Below, in pieces: positions 29,759 through 40,256 of a stretch of 64,000 bases of DNA. This stretch comes from Anaerolineae bacterium (GTDB lineage: Bacteria > Chloroflexota > Anaerolineae > S140-20). The position numbers and the translations under genes are program-made. Below the pieces are notes generated by a model. That model had not been told where the DNA came from, ran no database searches, and saw only the letters and a list, made by a program, of their open reading frames with translations. The DNA is taken from positions 11,784 to 75,783 of the forward strand of contig JALUTT010000181.1 in NCBI GenBank assembly GCA_027021705.1. The letters run 5' to 3'. The stretch's first letter is position 1. Each line of letters opens with the position of its first letter.

Positions 29759-31093
29759 TCACGCTTCCGTCAGGCCCAGGTTGCGGCGGGTCTCGGCGGG
29801 CGTGTCCCCCAGCCGGTACGCCTGGAAGATCCAAGCTCCGATGAGGGTGGCCCCGGCGATGGCCAGGAAGGCGGCCCGCACGCCCAGGGGGTTCTCGCTG
29901 GTGTAGCCCAGCCCCTTGAGCAGGAGGGGCAGGATCAGCGTCCCCACGGAGATGCCCAGACCGTTGGCGAAGCTGAAGGTGCCGTAGTAGATGGCCTCGC
30001 GTCGCCGGCCCGTGAGCATCTCGTCGTAGTCCACCACGTTGCCCATCATCGCGTAGATGACGATGAAGTAGCCGCCCAGCATCGCCGCGACGGGGACGAG
30101 GGCGATCAGCCCCTGGGCCATCAGAGAGAGGCCGGGGATCGTCCCCACGCCGAAGGTGAGGGCCGAGGTCACCGCCAGCCCGACCATCGCAATGGTCAGC
30201 AGCCGGCGCTGGGAGACGTAGCGGTCCGCCAAGGCCCACAGCGGCCCCGTCACCGCCATCATCAGGATCAGCACGCCCTGGAAGATGCCCACGTCGGCCT
30301 CGCTGCGGCCCAGCACCAGGGTGACGAAGTAGGGCAGGTTCGCCAGGAGCATCTGGTAGGCCAGGTGGACGAAGAGGGTGGAGAGGAAGACGATGAGGAA
30401 CTGCCGGTTGCCGAGGGTGATCCGCAGCCCTTCCACCGCGCCGATGGGCCGGCCCAGGGGGCGCTCCACGTCCCGCAGCCCCAGCAGCGCCATCCAGATG
30501 GTGAGCATCCCGACCAGGCCGACGACCAGCCCCATCGCCACCGGCCCGATGCTGTCGAAGAGGGGGGCGGCGACCAGAGAGCCGATGAGCACGCCCAGGA
30601 TGCCGAAGAGGTTCTTCCAATAGCTCAGGACCACGCGGTCGTGGGAGTCGGGGGCCATCTCCGGCAGCGTGCCGTCGTAGGGGATGCCGACCAAGCTGAA
30701 GGCGGTGAAGTAGCCCAAGGTGATGAGGGTGAAGTAGAGGGCGTTGAGAGGGCTGGTGCCCTGCACCGGCGGGGTCCAGATGAGGACCAGGAGCAGGGCG
30801 GCGGCCGGAGCGCCAAACAGCAGGAAGGGCCGACGGCGGCCCCAGCGCGATTGCAACGTATCGCTCCAGTGGCCGATGAAGGGGTCAATGAAAGCGTCCC
30901 AGAAGCGCCCGACGGTGAGCAGGACGCCCACCAGGGCGACGGGGAGGTAGGCCACGCGGCCCGAATCGGGTGGGGGGGCGTAGAAGTAGAGGATCCAGGT
31001 GCTGACGGTGATGCTCATGATGTTGAGGCCGATGGAGGCCATGCTGTAGAGCAGAACGCGACCCAGGGTGAGCTTGGGGGGTGTAGGGGACAT
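29759..31093 (-). CDS. MFS transporter, GPH/MelB family
   Basis: DAFIDPFIGHWSD...RWGRRRPF; VVDYDE...GRRREAIYYG. Confidence 0.9.
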   Translation of the reverse strand: MSPTPPKLTLGRVLLYSMASIGLNIMSITVSTWILYFYAPPPDSGRVAYLPVALVGVLLTVGRFWDAFIDPFIGHWSDTLQSRWGRRRPFLLFGAPAAALLLVLIWTPPVQGTSPLNALYFTLITLGYFTAFSLVGIPYDGTLPEMAPDSHDRVVLSYWKNLFGILGVLIGSLVAAPLFDSIGPVAMGLVVGLVGMLTIWMALLGLRDVERPLGRPIGAVEGLRITLGNRQFLIVFLSTLFVHLAYQMLLANLPYFVTLVLGRSEADVGIFQGVLILMMAVTGPLWALADRYVSQRRLLTIAMVGLAVTSALTFGVGTIPGLSLMAQGLIALVPVAAMLGGYFIVIYAMMGNVVDYDEMLTGRRREAIYYGTFSFANGLGISVGTLILPLLLKGLGYTSENPLGVRAAFLAIAGATLIGAWIFQAYRLGDTPAETRRNLGLTEA

Positions 31094-31250
31094 CTTCCTC
31101 CTCCCGCTGCGCTAGGGGATGCGGTTGGTCAGGGGAACTCCTCGGCGTCCGGGCCGGACCGGGGGTATCCCCTCCGCCCAAAGGGGGATTCCAGCCGACT
31201 CCGCGTCATCACTGCCTTCAACCCCCTTGAGTATACCTCTGACCTGCCGA

Positions 31251-31400
31251 AGGGGCAAGGGGCAAGGGGCAGGGGGCAGGGGGCAAGCGGCGTAGCGGCG
31301 GGCCGAGGGCTGAGGGCTGAGGCACTGAGGGCCGAGCGGCGTAGCGGCTGGCGGCGTAGCGGCGTAGCGATTGGCGGCTTAGCGGCCGGCGGTCAGCACC
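31251..31400. repeat. Short-period repeat mosaic (GGGGCAA, TAGCGGC, GAGGGCT)
   Basis: Direct inspection. Confidence 0.7.
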
Positions 31401-31413
31401 TCAGCGGACTGCC

Positions 31414-32315
31414 GTCAACGGATTCGGAGAGCGGATTGAACGGAGCTGCCGCCCCCCCATCCGTTCAATCCGCTCAATCCGTTCCCCAATCCGTTGACAG
31501 CCTGTCCGCTCCGGCCACGGCGAGAGACACGAAGAGCACCAAGGGCGCAAAGAGCACAAAGCGGTACGAAAGGCTGGACAAGCTCCCTTGGGAGCACCAG
31601 CCCCACACCCGTTCAATCCGTTCCAAAGCGGATTGCTGTCAACGGATTCGGAGAGCGGATTGAACGGAGCTGCCGCCCCCCCATCCGTTCAATCCGCTCA
31701 ATCCGTTCCCCAATCCGTTGACAGCCTGTCCGCTCCGGCCACGGCGAGAGACACGAAGAGCACCAAGGGCGCAAAGAGCACAAAGCGGTACGAAAGGCTG
31801 GACAAGCTCCCTTGGGAGCACCAGCCCCACACCCGTTCAATCCGTTCCAAAGCGGATTGCTGTCAACGGATTCGGAGAGCGGATTGAACGGAGCTGCCGC
31901 CCCCCCATCCGTTCAATCCGCTCAATCCGTTCCCCAATCCGTTGACAGCTTGTCCGCTCCGGCCACGGCGAGAGACACGAAGAGCACCAAGGGCGCAAAG
32001 AGCACAAAGCGGTACGAAAGGCTGGACAAGCTCCCTTGGGAGCACCAGCCCCACACCCGTTCAATCCGTTCCAAAGCGGATTGCTGTCAACGGATTCGGA
32101 GAGCGGATTGAACGGAGCTGCCGCCCCCCCATCCGTTCAATCCGCTCAATCCGTTCCCCAATCCGTTGACAGCTTGTCCGCTCCGGCCACGGCGAGAGAC
32201 ACGAAGAGCACCAAGGGCGCAAAGAGCACAAAGCGGTACGAAGCTCTCTTGGGAGCACCGCCCCCCCATCCGCTCAATCCGTTCAATCCGTTCCCTAATC
32301 CGTTGACAGCCTGTC
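31414..32315. repeat. Tandem array of 224-bp units (about 3.7 near-identical copies plus a variant tail)
   Basis: GTCAACGGATTCGGAGAG starts at 31414, 31638, 31862 and 32086. Confidence 0.95.
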
Positions 32316-32580
32316 CGTCCGCCAACAAAGCCCCCAGAATTACTGAACCACTGAAGGGGGTGAAGACACTGAGCCTCGTGCAGCGCGGCCCAGGTCCTCG
32401 GCCAGGCCGTGACCCGACGGAGAAGCGGGGGCGCACAATTCCTCAGTGAGCTCATTTCTCTCAGCGCTTCAGTGATTCAAAACGCTCCCCCAATCCATTC
32501 ATTATACATCACCCCGTTCGGCCGTCAACGTGCCCGCAAAGCGAACCAGAGCTTTTCAGCGCTCTAACCCTTGGGGGGAA

Positions 32581-32675
32581 CCCTCCCGCAGGTCCTTCCC
32601 ACGGCCTGAAGCGCGTCGTAGGCGGCCTTCAATATGCTATGGCAGTTGCCGGGCGCCGCAAGACCTGCGGGAGGG
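32581..32675. repeat. 95-bp palindromic element, left flank of the defence island
   Basis: CCCTCCCGCAGGT...ACCTGCGGGAGGG. Confidence 0.8.
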
Positions 32676-32805
32676 CGACAACACCGGTAGCTGCTCCCAC
32701 CACCCTACCTCCCGCGCATCACCAGGGGCAGGTAGATGGGAAACACCCTCTCGTCGGCCCCCAGGTCGTAGCCGCCCCCACCGGGCCCTCCTTATAGACA
32801 GAAAG

Positions 32806-34365
32806 TCAACAGGAGGCGGAGCCGGGGGGGTGGTGGACCGGGGGCGGAGTGGACCTGATCATCGTCTCCAGCCGCTTGCGGGGGAACTCCACCGTCCGGC
32901 CGCCTTGGACCAACTCCATAAAGTGCTGCTGCTCGACAATGCGCGTGCGCAGCTCGCAGGCCAGGGCGCCCAGCTCTTGCAACTCTTCGTCGGTGACCCG
33001 GCCGTCGGGGTAGAGGAGCTTGACGTAGCCGTTCAGCAGGCGCACCAAGGCTTCCTCGTCGCGGGTGGTGAGCGGCCCGCCTTCGGCCGAGAAGCGCAGC
33101 CGGGCGCGGATCTCCGCCGTGTGATCGTCCCGGCGCAGGCGGTGCAGGATCTCGGAGAAGTAGTCGGAGATGAAGCCCAGGCCGTCGGAGAAGGAGCGCA
33201 TCTCCAGCTTAGGCACCCGCCAGCCAGGGATGAAGCCGTGGAGCCGGTCGAAGAGGGCCGTGTCGTGCAGGGCCACGGGCAGCGACTGGAAGAGGTAACG
33301 CTCGCCAACGGTCCCTTGTTCCTCGTCCACCGACGGCGTGTCCACCCCCGGCACGGCATCGTCCGCCAGCAGTTCCTCGATCTCCTCTCCCTCTTCTGCC
33401 TCTTTCGTACCATGGTCGGTGTTTCCCACCATCAAGATGCTGCACTCGCTGGGCATCTCGATCCCGCCACGGCTGAAGAGCCCCGAGGCCATGTAGTCCT
33501 TGAGGATGCCCAGCACGTCGTCGCGGGTGGCGTCGAACTTGGCGTAGGCGATCTCGTCGAAGACCACCACATCCTTGCGGGCGATCACCCCTACGCTGCG
33601 GGTGCGCAGGTCCAGGAAGAGTTGCGCGGCGGTGGCCTTGCCGCCCGAGATGACAAAGCTGTAGGGCGAGATGTTGCGGATGCCGTAGGTCTTGCCCGTG
33701 CCCCGGGGGCCGAGCTCCAGCAGGTTGAGGTTGGGCTCCACCAGGGGCAGAAAGCGGGTGAGCACGTAGAGGCTCTCCCGGCGGCTGTAGGCGGCCGGAT
33801 TGAGGCCGATGGTGCTCATCAACACGGCGATCCACTCGTCGGAGGTGAACAGGCTGCGGGCCTCCTTGTAGTCTTCCACATCAATGCGGGCCACCTGAAA
33901 GGGGGCGAAGTTGGCGATGAAGAAGGGGAGCTTGCGCCCATCCACCTCGGCGTTGGGCTCGTAGTGGATCTCGGCGATGCCCCAGGCGCCTCCTTCCAGC
34001 AGGATGGGGTACTCCTTGGGCAGCCGGGTGCTGATGCGCATTTCCCGCCGGCCCAGAAGCGGCGTGCGGATCAGCGGGGCGTGGATTTTGTCGTCGAAGT
34101 GACCGTAGAAGAAGCCCAGCAAGCGCAGGCTGCCCTGTTGAGCCAGCTCGAAGACCACTCGCTCGGCGTGGCGCGGCTCGGGGAAGTGTTTCTGGACGAT
34201 GTCGTTGACCACGCGCAGCGCCTCCGTCTCCCCACGGTCGGCGTAGCGAGCGAGCAGGTACTCGGTGACGAAGCGGGGGAGCTGGCGCCGGATGATCTTG
34301 CGGGTCAGCGCCTTGTTCACGATCTTGTCCGGGAACCGCTGGCGTAGCTTCTCTTGCCAATTCAT
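32806..34365 (-). CDS. brxL: BREX BrxL-like MCM-type ATPase lacking the C-terminal Lon domain
   Basis: LPRFVTEYLL, LLELGPRGTGKT, VVFDEIA, LKDYMASGLFSRG, ALFDRLHGFIPGW; 519 aa from ATG 34365. Confidence 0.85.
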   Translation of the reverse strand: MNWQEKLRQRFPDKIVNKALTRKIIRRQLPRFVTEYLLARYADRGETEALRVVNDIVQKHFPEPRHAERVVFELAQQGSLRLLGFFYGHFDDKIHAPLIRTPLLGRREMRISTRLPKEYPILLEGGAWGIAEIHYEPNAEVDGRKLPFFIANFAPFQVARIDVEDYKEARSLFTSDEWIAVLMSTIGLNPAAYSRRESLYVLTRFLPLVEPNLNLLELGPRGTGKTYGIRNISPYSFVISGGKATAAQLFLDLRTRSVGVIARKDVVVFDEIAYAKFDATRDDVLGILKDYMASGLFSRGGIEMPSECSILMVGNTDHGTKEAEEGEEIEELLADDAVPGVDTPSVDEEQGTVGERYLFQSLPVALHDTALFDRLHGFIPGWRVPKLEMRSFSDGLGFISDYFSEILHRLRRDDHTAEIRARLRFSAEGGPLTTRDEEALVRLLNGYVKLLYPDGRVTDEELQELGALACELRTRIVEQQHFMELVQGGRTVEFPRKRLETMIRSTPPPVHHPPGSASC

Positions 34366-34393
34366 AACCCTTGTCTCCCAAAAGGCCTCTCGT

Positions 34394-36859
34394 CTACTCC
34401 GGCAGCAGCGCGGCGGCGGCGCTCTCGTACTTGCCCCGTCGCGGCTGAACGGTGACCTCGGCTTCGGCGTGGGCGACCTCTCGATCATCGTGGTAGCCCA
34501 CAGCACGCAGGTAGACGGTCTCCGGCTCCACCGGCTCACGAGGTGGCAGGGTGGGCCGCCACGTAACCTGCCACTGCTGGAAGGGCAGCCCCGGTTGGGG
34601 CTGAGCGGCAAAGCTTAGCGGCGGGCGGCCGGGGAGCCACACTTCCACATGCACCTCCCCGGCGATCCCCGCCGGCGTCCGCAACTCCAGCGTGACCATC
34701 ACCGCTTCGTCCTCGGTGACCACCGCCGGCACGCCCACGAAGCGCAGGCCGAATCGGGGCCTCGCCGGGCCGACGCGCAGCCAGGCCGCCGGCACCACCA
34801 CCTCCTCCAGACCGATGCCGCTGTGATAGCCCACTTTCGGCTGATGCTTGAACCGGCCGCCGAAGTCGTACAGGGCCAGGAAGGGACCGCCCAAGTCGTA
34901 GACCAGATCGCGGCACCACACGGCCGGCAGCTCCGCCGTGCCCCCCGTGTCCGAGGTCGCCCTCAGCAGGCGGGTCTCCGCCACGTTGGTCCCCGGCGGC
35001 ACCGGCCATTTCCGGTCCCCATCCGGGGTGAACCCGTGGTCGGCCACCAGGAGCGCGGCCCGCGGCGAGGCGCGGGCCGCATCCAGCACGGCGGTCAGGA
35101 AGGCGTAGCCCTTCAGCTCCAGGGGGAAGGGGGCGTGGGCGGGGGATTGCACTGCCTCGTCCACCTCGTTGACCACCACCACGACCAGGTCGTGCTGCAT
35201 ACCGCGGATGGCAGTCATCACCTTCTCCGGTGCTGTTTTCAGGTCCCGCTTCTTGAACACCGCCACGGCGCGGCCCGGCAGGGCTGCCTGGAGCGCCTTG
35301 AGCTCGTCCTCACCGGGAGCCTCATCGTCCGGCTCGGCCAGGTCGGGGTAGACGTGGGAGGCGACCGGGCCGGAGAAGAGGGCGTAGCGGCTCACGGCGG
35401 TGACCGTGGGCAGCAGGGCCAGGGCGTAGCCGTCCTCGATCCCCCATCCACCGGCCATCAGGTCGGCGCGGAAGCGCTGCCAGAGGGGATAGCTCAGGCC
35501 GTCCACGATGATCACCAGCACCCGCTCGCCGGCGTCAAGGCGCGGCTTGATCGCTTTGGGCAGCAGGTGCACCACCAACGGGAGCACGCCACCGCCGAAA
35601 AGGTGGGGGTACTCCCGGGCGTAGCGCTCCGCGAAGGCGCGGTTGAGGGCAGTGCGGGTTTCCCGGTACGCCTTGCGCAGTTGCTGGATCTCGCCGTGCA
35701 GCGGGATGGCCTGCTTGGCCAGTGCCCCCAGTTCCATCCAGGCCAGGTCGCCGGCCGAGATGCGTTCCACGTAGGCCTCGATCAGCCGGGGGAGGTCGGC
35801 ATCCTCGGCCAGCAGGTCTTCGATCTCCGGGCGCAGTTGGGCGAGCAGAGCCAGCCGGCCGATGGCATCCACCCAGGGTTGGTATTCATCGTAGAAAAGG
35901 TGCCCGCGCCACAGCCGGTCGTCCAGCGCCGTGCGCCTTCCTTGGACCAGCTCATCCAATTGACGGCGCAGGTCGGCTTTCAGGGCGGCAGGCAAGATGC
36001 GGGAGGGGTGGGTGACCGCGTGGACGGGCAGCCGACGCACGAAGTCGCGCCCCCACTCCGGCTCGGCCAGGAGCGCCTCTTCCAGGCGGGCGGCGAAGGC
36101 CTCCAGCAGGGCAACGTCGTTAACGGCGGCGTGTTCCAGGAATCGGCTCGCCAGGGGATCAGAGGGCACTTTGCCCTCCCGGCGGCTGATCTCGGCCTGG
36201 AGCAGGGCCCGGGCCACGGCCGCGCGGCTGTGTTCAAAGGTCAGCAGGCCGGCGACCAACGGCTGGTACGGCGGGCTGAGGGTGGCGGCGTACTCCCGGC
36301 ACAGCACGTGGGCTTCTCCGGGTACCGAAGCATCGCTGCGCAGGATGCGGGCCAGGGCCGCGGCGTCGGAGGGCAGGTCCAGGAGGTCCTCGCCCAGCAA
36401 GGCAGAGAGCACCGCCCGAGGCAAGTTGGCGCGGGAGATCGGCCGACCCTGGAAGGGCTTCAGGCGCTCCGGGTGCTCCAACAGGGTGGCGGTCAGCGGG
36501 TCGAGGCGCGTGTCATCGGGCAGACGCACGTCGGTCAGCACCCGCAACAGGTGGGCGCCCCCGGCCGGCACATGAGGGGCAGCGGCAGTGAGGTCGCGCA
36601 GCCCGGACAACGGCGCATCTCGCGGTGCGATCAGGGCCACGCGCTGAGGCTGCCTCTCCCACAACCGGCGGCGCACTCCCAGGAGCGGGCCCGCGGCGAT
36701 GGCGAACCACGTCTGCCCGGCCACGCGCACCTCCACCCCGTCCCCCATCGCCGGTCTCAGCAACCCGGTGCGGTCCTCGACGACCAGGGTTTTGGCTCCG
36801 ACGGCGTGGGGCGCGATAAGCTCCCGCAGCACCCGCTCCGCCTCTTCACGCCTCAGCAT
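34394..36859 (-). CDS. pglZ: PglZ-domain (alkaline-phosphatase-fold) protein
   Basis: IIVDGLSY, LPTVTAVSRYALFSG, VADHGF, YHSGIGLEEVVVP. Confidence 0.88.
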   Translation of the reverse strand: MLRREEAERVLRELIAPHAVGAKTLVVEDRTGLLRPAMGDGVEVRVAGQTWFAIAAGPLLGVRRRLWERQPQRVALIAPRDAPLSGLRDLTAAAPHVPAGGAHLLRVLTDVRLPDDTRLDPLTATLLEHPERLKPFQGRPISRANLPRAVLSALLGEDLLDLPSDAAALARILRSDASVPGEAHVLCREYAATLSPPYQPLVAGLLTFEHSRAAVARALLQAEISRREGKVPSDPLASRFLEHAAVNDVALLEAFAARLEEALLAEPEWGRDFVRRLPVHAVTHPSRILPAALKADLRRQLDELVQGRRTALDDRLWRGHLFYDEYQPWVDAIGRLALLAQLRPEIEDLLAEDADLPRLIEAYVERISAGDLAWMELGALAKQAIPLHGEIQQLRKAYRETRTALNRAFAERYAREYPHLFGGGVLPLVVHLLPKAIKPRLDAGERVLVIIVDGLSYPLWQRFRADLMAGGWGIEDGYALALLPTVTAVSRYALFSGPVASHVYPDLAEPDDEAPGEDELKALQAALPGRAVAVFKKRDLKTAPEKVMTAIRGMQHDLVVVVVNEVDEAVQSPAHAPFPLELKGYAFLTAVLDAARASPRAALLVADHGFTPDGDRKWPVPPGTNVAETRLLRATSDTGGTAELPAVWCRDLVYDLGGPFLALYDFGGRFKHQPKVGYHSGIGLEEVVVPAAWLRVGPARPRFGLRFVGVPAVVTEDEAVMVTLELRTPAGIAGEVHVEVWLPGRPPLSFAAQPQPGLPFQQWQVTWRPTLPPREPVEPETVYLRAVGYHDDREVAHAEAEVTVQPRRGKYESAAAALLPE

Positions 36860-39800
36860 CGTGGCGCACCTCTACGGTCACTTCCGCGTCGTCGGATAAT
36901 TCGCTCAAGGCTCCCCAACCTGTTGCGGGTTGGAGATTGACGGCTTCCAGCGCCTTTCGTAGAGCGCCAAAGCGGGCCTTGAATCTCAGCGGCTCGAAGG
37001 CCGGTGGAACAGGCGGCTTCTCCTCCTCCTGGTGCAACGTCTGGAGCTGCGTCAGTAGTTGGCTCCGCGGCATCTGCCCGGTGATGTACCGGGCGATGGC
37101 CTCCCGGGCTATTGCTTGCGACTCGGACTTCCGCAGCCCCTGGTACAGGTCCCGCATCTCCACGTCCTGCAGCCGGCCGACCATCTCGCGTGCCGCTTGG
37201 AGCATCTCCGGCAGGCTCTGGGGCGGAGCCGAGACCTTGGTCAGCCGGCGGATGCCGGCTTCCGAGGTAGGCTCTGCCAGCGCCCGGTCAATTGTTTCCA
37301 GGATGGCCGCGACCTGCTGCAGAGCCTGCTCCAGCTCTCGCGGGGCGCCCCCCAGCGGCTTGGCCGCTTCCGTCACCGCCTTGCGCAGTTGTCGGTATCC
37401 CTGCTCCTGTTGGGTGAAGAACTGCTGGAGGGAGGCCCAGGCCGCGTCCTGACGACGCACGCCGGGCTGGTCGGGGAGGGAGCCGGCGCCGATGGCCGCG
37501 TAGAAGGCGCTGAAGGCGGCCCACTCCCCGTGGCCCACCCGTTGGCCGGGGGTGAGCAGGTCGTTGCTGTGCAGGCTCAGTTGAGCCGGGTCCTCCACGG
37601 CCAGCGGCCCCCGCCCGCGCACAACCCGCAGGTCGCGAAAGATCACCGTCAGCCGGATCAGGAAATCGGCCAGGAAGGGTTGCAGGCCAAACTCTCTTCC
37701 CAGCCGGTTCTGCAGCTCCTTGACCCGCACGCCCTCCCCGCCTTTCAGGGCCTCCTCGATGGTCTGCACGTAGGGGGAGTTGCCCAGGTCCAGGGCATAG
37801 GCGGTGCCGGCGGGCTTGACGATGCGCAGGGGCATCCCGTAATGGGCAGCGTAATCGTGCGGCGGCCCCACCTCCGGCCCCACCCGGCCCTCTCCCTTGA
37901 CCAGCGCCCGGTAGAGGCTCTCCAACGCCTGGGAGGTGACGTCGGCAGTGAACTCGGGATGTTGACGGAAGCGGGCGTCCAGCAGCCGCGCCCCCAGGTC
38001 CTTGAGAGCCTCCTGCAGCGTGGCCCCGGCCGAAGGGTTCTCGCCGATGCTCACCGAGGCGCTGAGCCGGCCCTGGCTGTAAAGGGAGGCTAGGCCGGCC
38101 AGCAGGCTCTCCCGCAACTGAAAAGCCGCGGCCGTCCAGCTCTCCGTCAGCCGGCGTCCCTCCTCGCCGCTGTACTTCTCGGCGATGTAGGCCGTGCCCG
38201 CCGGGCTCTCGGTGAGGAAGAGGATGCGGGCCAGGTTGTCCAGCTGTTGACGCAGTTGATCGTCGGCCTCCTTGGGGATCCACACCGCGCCCGGCACACC
38301 GTTCTTGGGCGGCTTTGACGGCACAGGGTCGCCGGGGAAGCGGGGGAAGGCGATCCAGACGGTGAACTCCGCCTTGGGGTCGGGCGGGGGAAGGTGGCCG
38401 GCGCCCGTCTCCACGGCTTGGACTGTCCCCGAGCGGTTGGTGCCGCGCCACTTGATGTTCAGCTTGCGCCGGCCCTGCAGCTTGTCGGTGCCGAAGAGGT
38501 TGTTCAGAAGCCCCAACACGGCCTGGCGGCGTTGCTCGGTCACGTCCTGGCTCACCTTGCGCAGCTCCGCCATAGGGTCGAGCCCCAGGCTCAGCTCCAC
38601 CACCACCGCCTCGCCCTCGCGCTTGAAGGTGCCCAGCAGCCGGTCGCAGAGGAGGTCCACGACCTCCTCCAGTTGCTTGCGGGCCAGGATGACCACCTGG
38701 GCGTTGAGCACGGCGGCGTTGAGGGCCGCGATGACGGCGGGGGTCATGCGCCCGCGCAGGGGCGTCCCCTTGTCCGTCAGTTGGCCCAGGATGATGCTTT
38801 CCGCCACGGCCCGCCCTCGGGCGATGCGCTTGGCGTGGCCCAGGAAGTGTTCCTCCAGAAGAGGAACGACTTTGTCACGCATGATCACTTTGGCTGCCTG
38901 CAGCGCGGGCCGGTCTTTGAGCTCTCCCTCGGAGGCTTGCTCGATGAGGTAGTGGAAGGCGCGGTGGTAGGGAATGAGGGTGCCCAACGGCTCATCGGCC
39001 AGGTCGAAGAGCATATCGTACATGACGCTGATGGCGGTGCGTTCGCGGCTCAGCATGTGGGTCACCGAGACCAGGGTGTCCACGATGGCCGGATGGAAGG
39101 GGTAGAGGGCGCGGACGGCTTCCTCAAAGCGCTTGTGGCCGTAGAGTTGATGGAGCACCTCCAGTTGTTCGCCGGGGATCTGGGCCAGACTGGCTTTGAC
39201 CGCTTCGTCCAGGGCTTTCTTGCGCCCCTTTACCGGCTTGAGGACGCGCTTGCCCAGCACCTCGTACAGGTCCACGTCTTGGATGTCTACGTCCCGTCCC
39301 GCGAAGCGCCCCTTGACATTGTCTAGGATGTCCCGGCCCACGTCGCGCACCACGTCCTCCAGGGGGGCGTGGCGCACCACCAGGGCCCAGACGGGGAGGG
39401 CGGCGCCCTCGGCCTCCAGAAGGGCCTTGAGTTCGACCATGGGCCGCGTGCGGTCTTTGGCGTTGATGAGGAAGAGGGTGAGTTCGTCAATGAGGAACGT
39501 GACGGCGGTGAAGCCGTGGTGCTTCAGGTGGGCGGTGATGCGCTTCATGCCCTCGGCCATCTCCACGGCGAAGGCGCCACCGCCCACCTCAGAAGGTAAG
39601 GCGATGTGCGAGGCGATCTCGCGGGCCAGGAGTTCGCGGCCCTGGGGCGTGGCCTTCTGGGCCTCGTACTCCTGGCGGGAGGTCACCACCAGGCTGCGGT
39701 TGAAGAGGGTGTCCCAGAGGGCGGGGGTGTCGGCGGCCAGGTCCTCGAACCATCCGATGACGCGCTGGAAGTAGGTGAGTTCCACGGGGGGCAGGCCCTG

Positions 39801-40232
39801 GCGTTCCAGTTCGCGGGCGACGGCCTCGTAGAGGCCCAGGCGGAAGTCGTCGGGGCGGTCCAGGCTGTTGAAGGGCACCACGAAGACGGGGCGTTTCTCC
39901 AGGATGGCGCGCACGTCATCCGAAAGGCCGGGGATCTCCCGCGCCCAGGCGGCGGACTCCCCGCGCAGGAGCATGCCGGCGAAGGAGAGGAAGTGGGACT
40001 TGCCGGTACCGAAGGAGCCACTGACCCAGACCCCCTGGCCGGGGAAGCCCTTGTCGGCGGACTCGGCCACGCTGCTCACCACGCGCCGCAGCCCCTCGGC
40101 CACGGTGTCGGTGATGACGTACTCCCGGGCGTGGAAGACCTTGCGCTCCTCGTCGTTGATCTCGCCCACCTTGACCACCAGGGGTGGTTTGGTGGGTGGG
40201 ATAGCGATGACGTCACGGATGTGGAGGGTCAT
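36846..40232 (-). CDS. PglY/BrxC-family large ATPase
   Basis: MTLHIRDVIAIP, YVITD, SGSFGTGKSHF, FLIDEL, YPFHP, ERTA; overlaps pglZ by 14 bp. Confidence 0.85.
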   Translation of the reverse strand: MTLHIRDVIAIPPTKPPLVVKVGEINDEERKVFHAREYVITDTVAEGLRRVVSSVAESADKGFPGQGVWVSGSFGTGKSHFLSFAGMLLRGESAAWAREIPGLSDDVRAILEKRPVFVVPFNSLDRPDDFRLGLYEAVARELERQGLPPVELTYFQRVIGWFEDLAADTPALWDTLFNRSLVVTSRQEYEAQKATPQGRELLAREIASHIALPSEVGGGAFAVEMAEGMKRITAHLKHHGFTAVTFLIDELTLFLINAKDRTRPMVELKALLEAEGAALPVWALVVRHAPLEDVVRDVGRDILDNVKGRFAGRDVDIQDVDLYEVLGKRVLKPVKGRKKALDEAVKASLAQIPGEQLEVLHQLYGHKRFEEAVRALYPFHPAIVDTLVSVTHMLSRERTAISVMYDMLFDLADEPLGTLIPYHRAFHYLIEQASEGELKDRPALQAAKVIMRDKVVPLLEEHFLGHAKRIARGRAVAESIILGQLTDKGTPLRGRMTPAVIAALNAAVLNAQVVILARKQLEEVVDLLCDRLLGTFKREGEAVVVELSLGLDPMAELRKVSQDVTEQRRQAVLGLLNNLFGTDKLQGRRKLNIKWRGTNRSGTVQAVETGAGHLPPPDPKAEFTVWIAFPRFPGDPVPSKPPKNGVPGAVWIPKEADDQLRQQLDNLARILFLTESPAGTAYIAEKYSGEEGRRLTESWTAAAFQLRESLLAGLASLYSQGRLSASVSIGENPSAGATLQEALKDLGARLLDARFRQHPEFTADVTSQALESLYRALVKGEGRVGPEVGPPHDYAAHYGMPLRIVKPAGTAYALDLGNSPYVQTIEEALKGGEGVRVKELQNRLGREFGLQPFLADFLIRLTVIFRDLRVVRGRGPLAVEDPAQLSLHSNDLLTPGQRVGHGEWAAFSAFYAAIGAGSLPDQPGVRRQDAAWASLQQFFTQQEQGYRQLRKAVTEAAKPLGGAPRELEQALQQVAAILETIDRALAEPTSEAGIRRLTKVSAPPQSLPEMLQAAREMVGRLQDVEMRDLYQGLRKSESQAIAREAIARYITGQMPRSQLLTQLQTLHQEEEKPPVPPAFEPLRFKARFGALRKALEAVNLQPATGWGALSELSDDAEVTVEVRHDAEA

Positions 40233-40256
40233 GATTGTCACCTCACAACTCACAGA

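Noticed and set aside
28556..31663. 1035-aa plus-strand ORF (and similar long ORFs at 1269-3569, 8711-10756, 34649-36940)
   Set aside because: Antisense shadows of real high-GC genes, with no motifs.
31414..32315. CRISPR array
   Set aside because: Whole 224-bp units are repeated with no unique spacers, and there are no cas genes.
31401..32455. Repeated 63-137 aa ORFs in the tandem array
   Set aside because: They are by-products of the repeat on both strands, with no RBS or recognisable domain.
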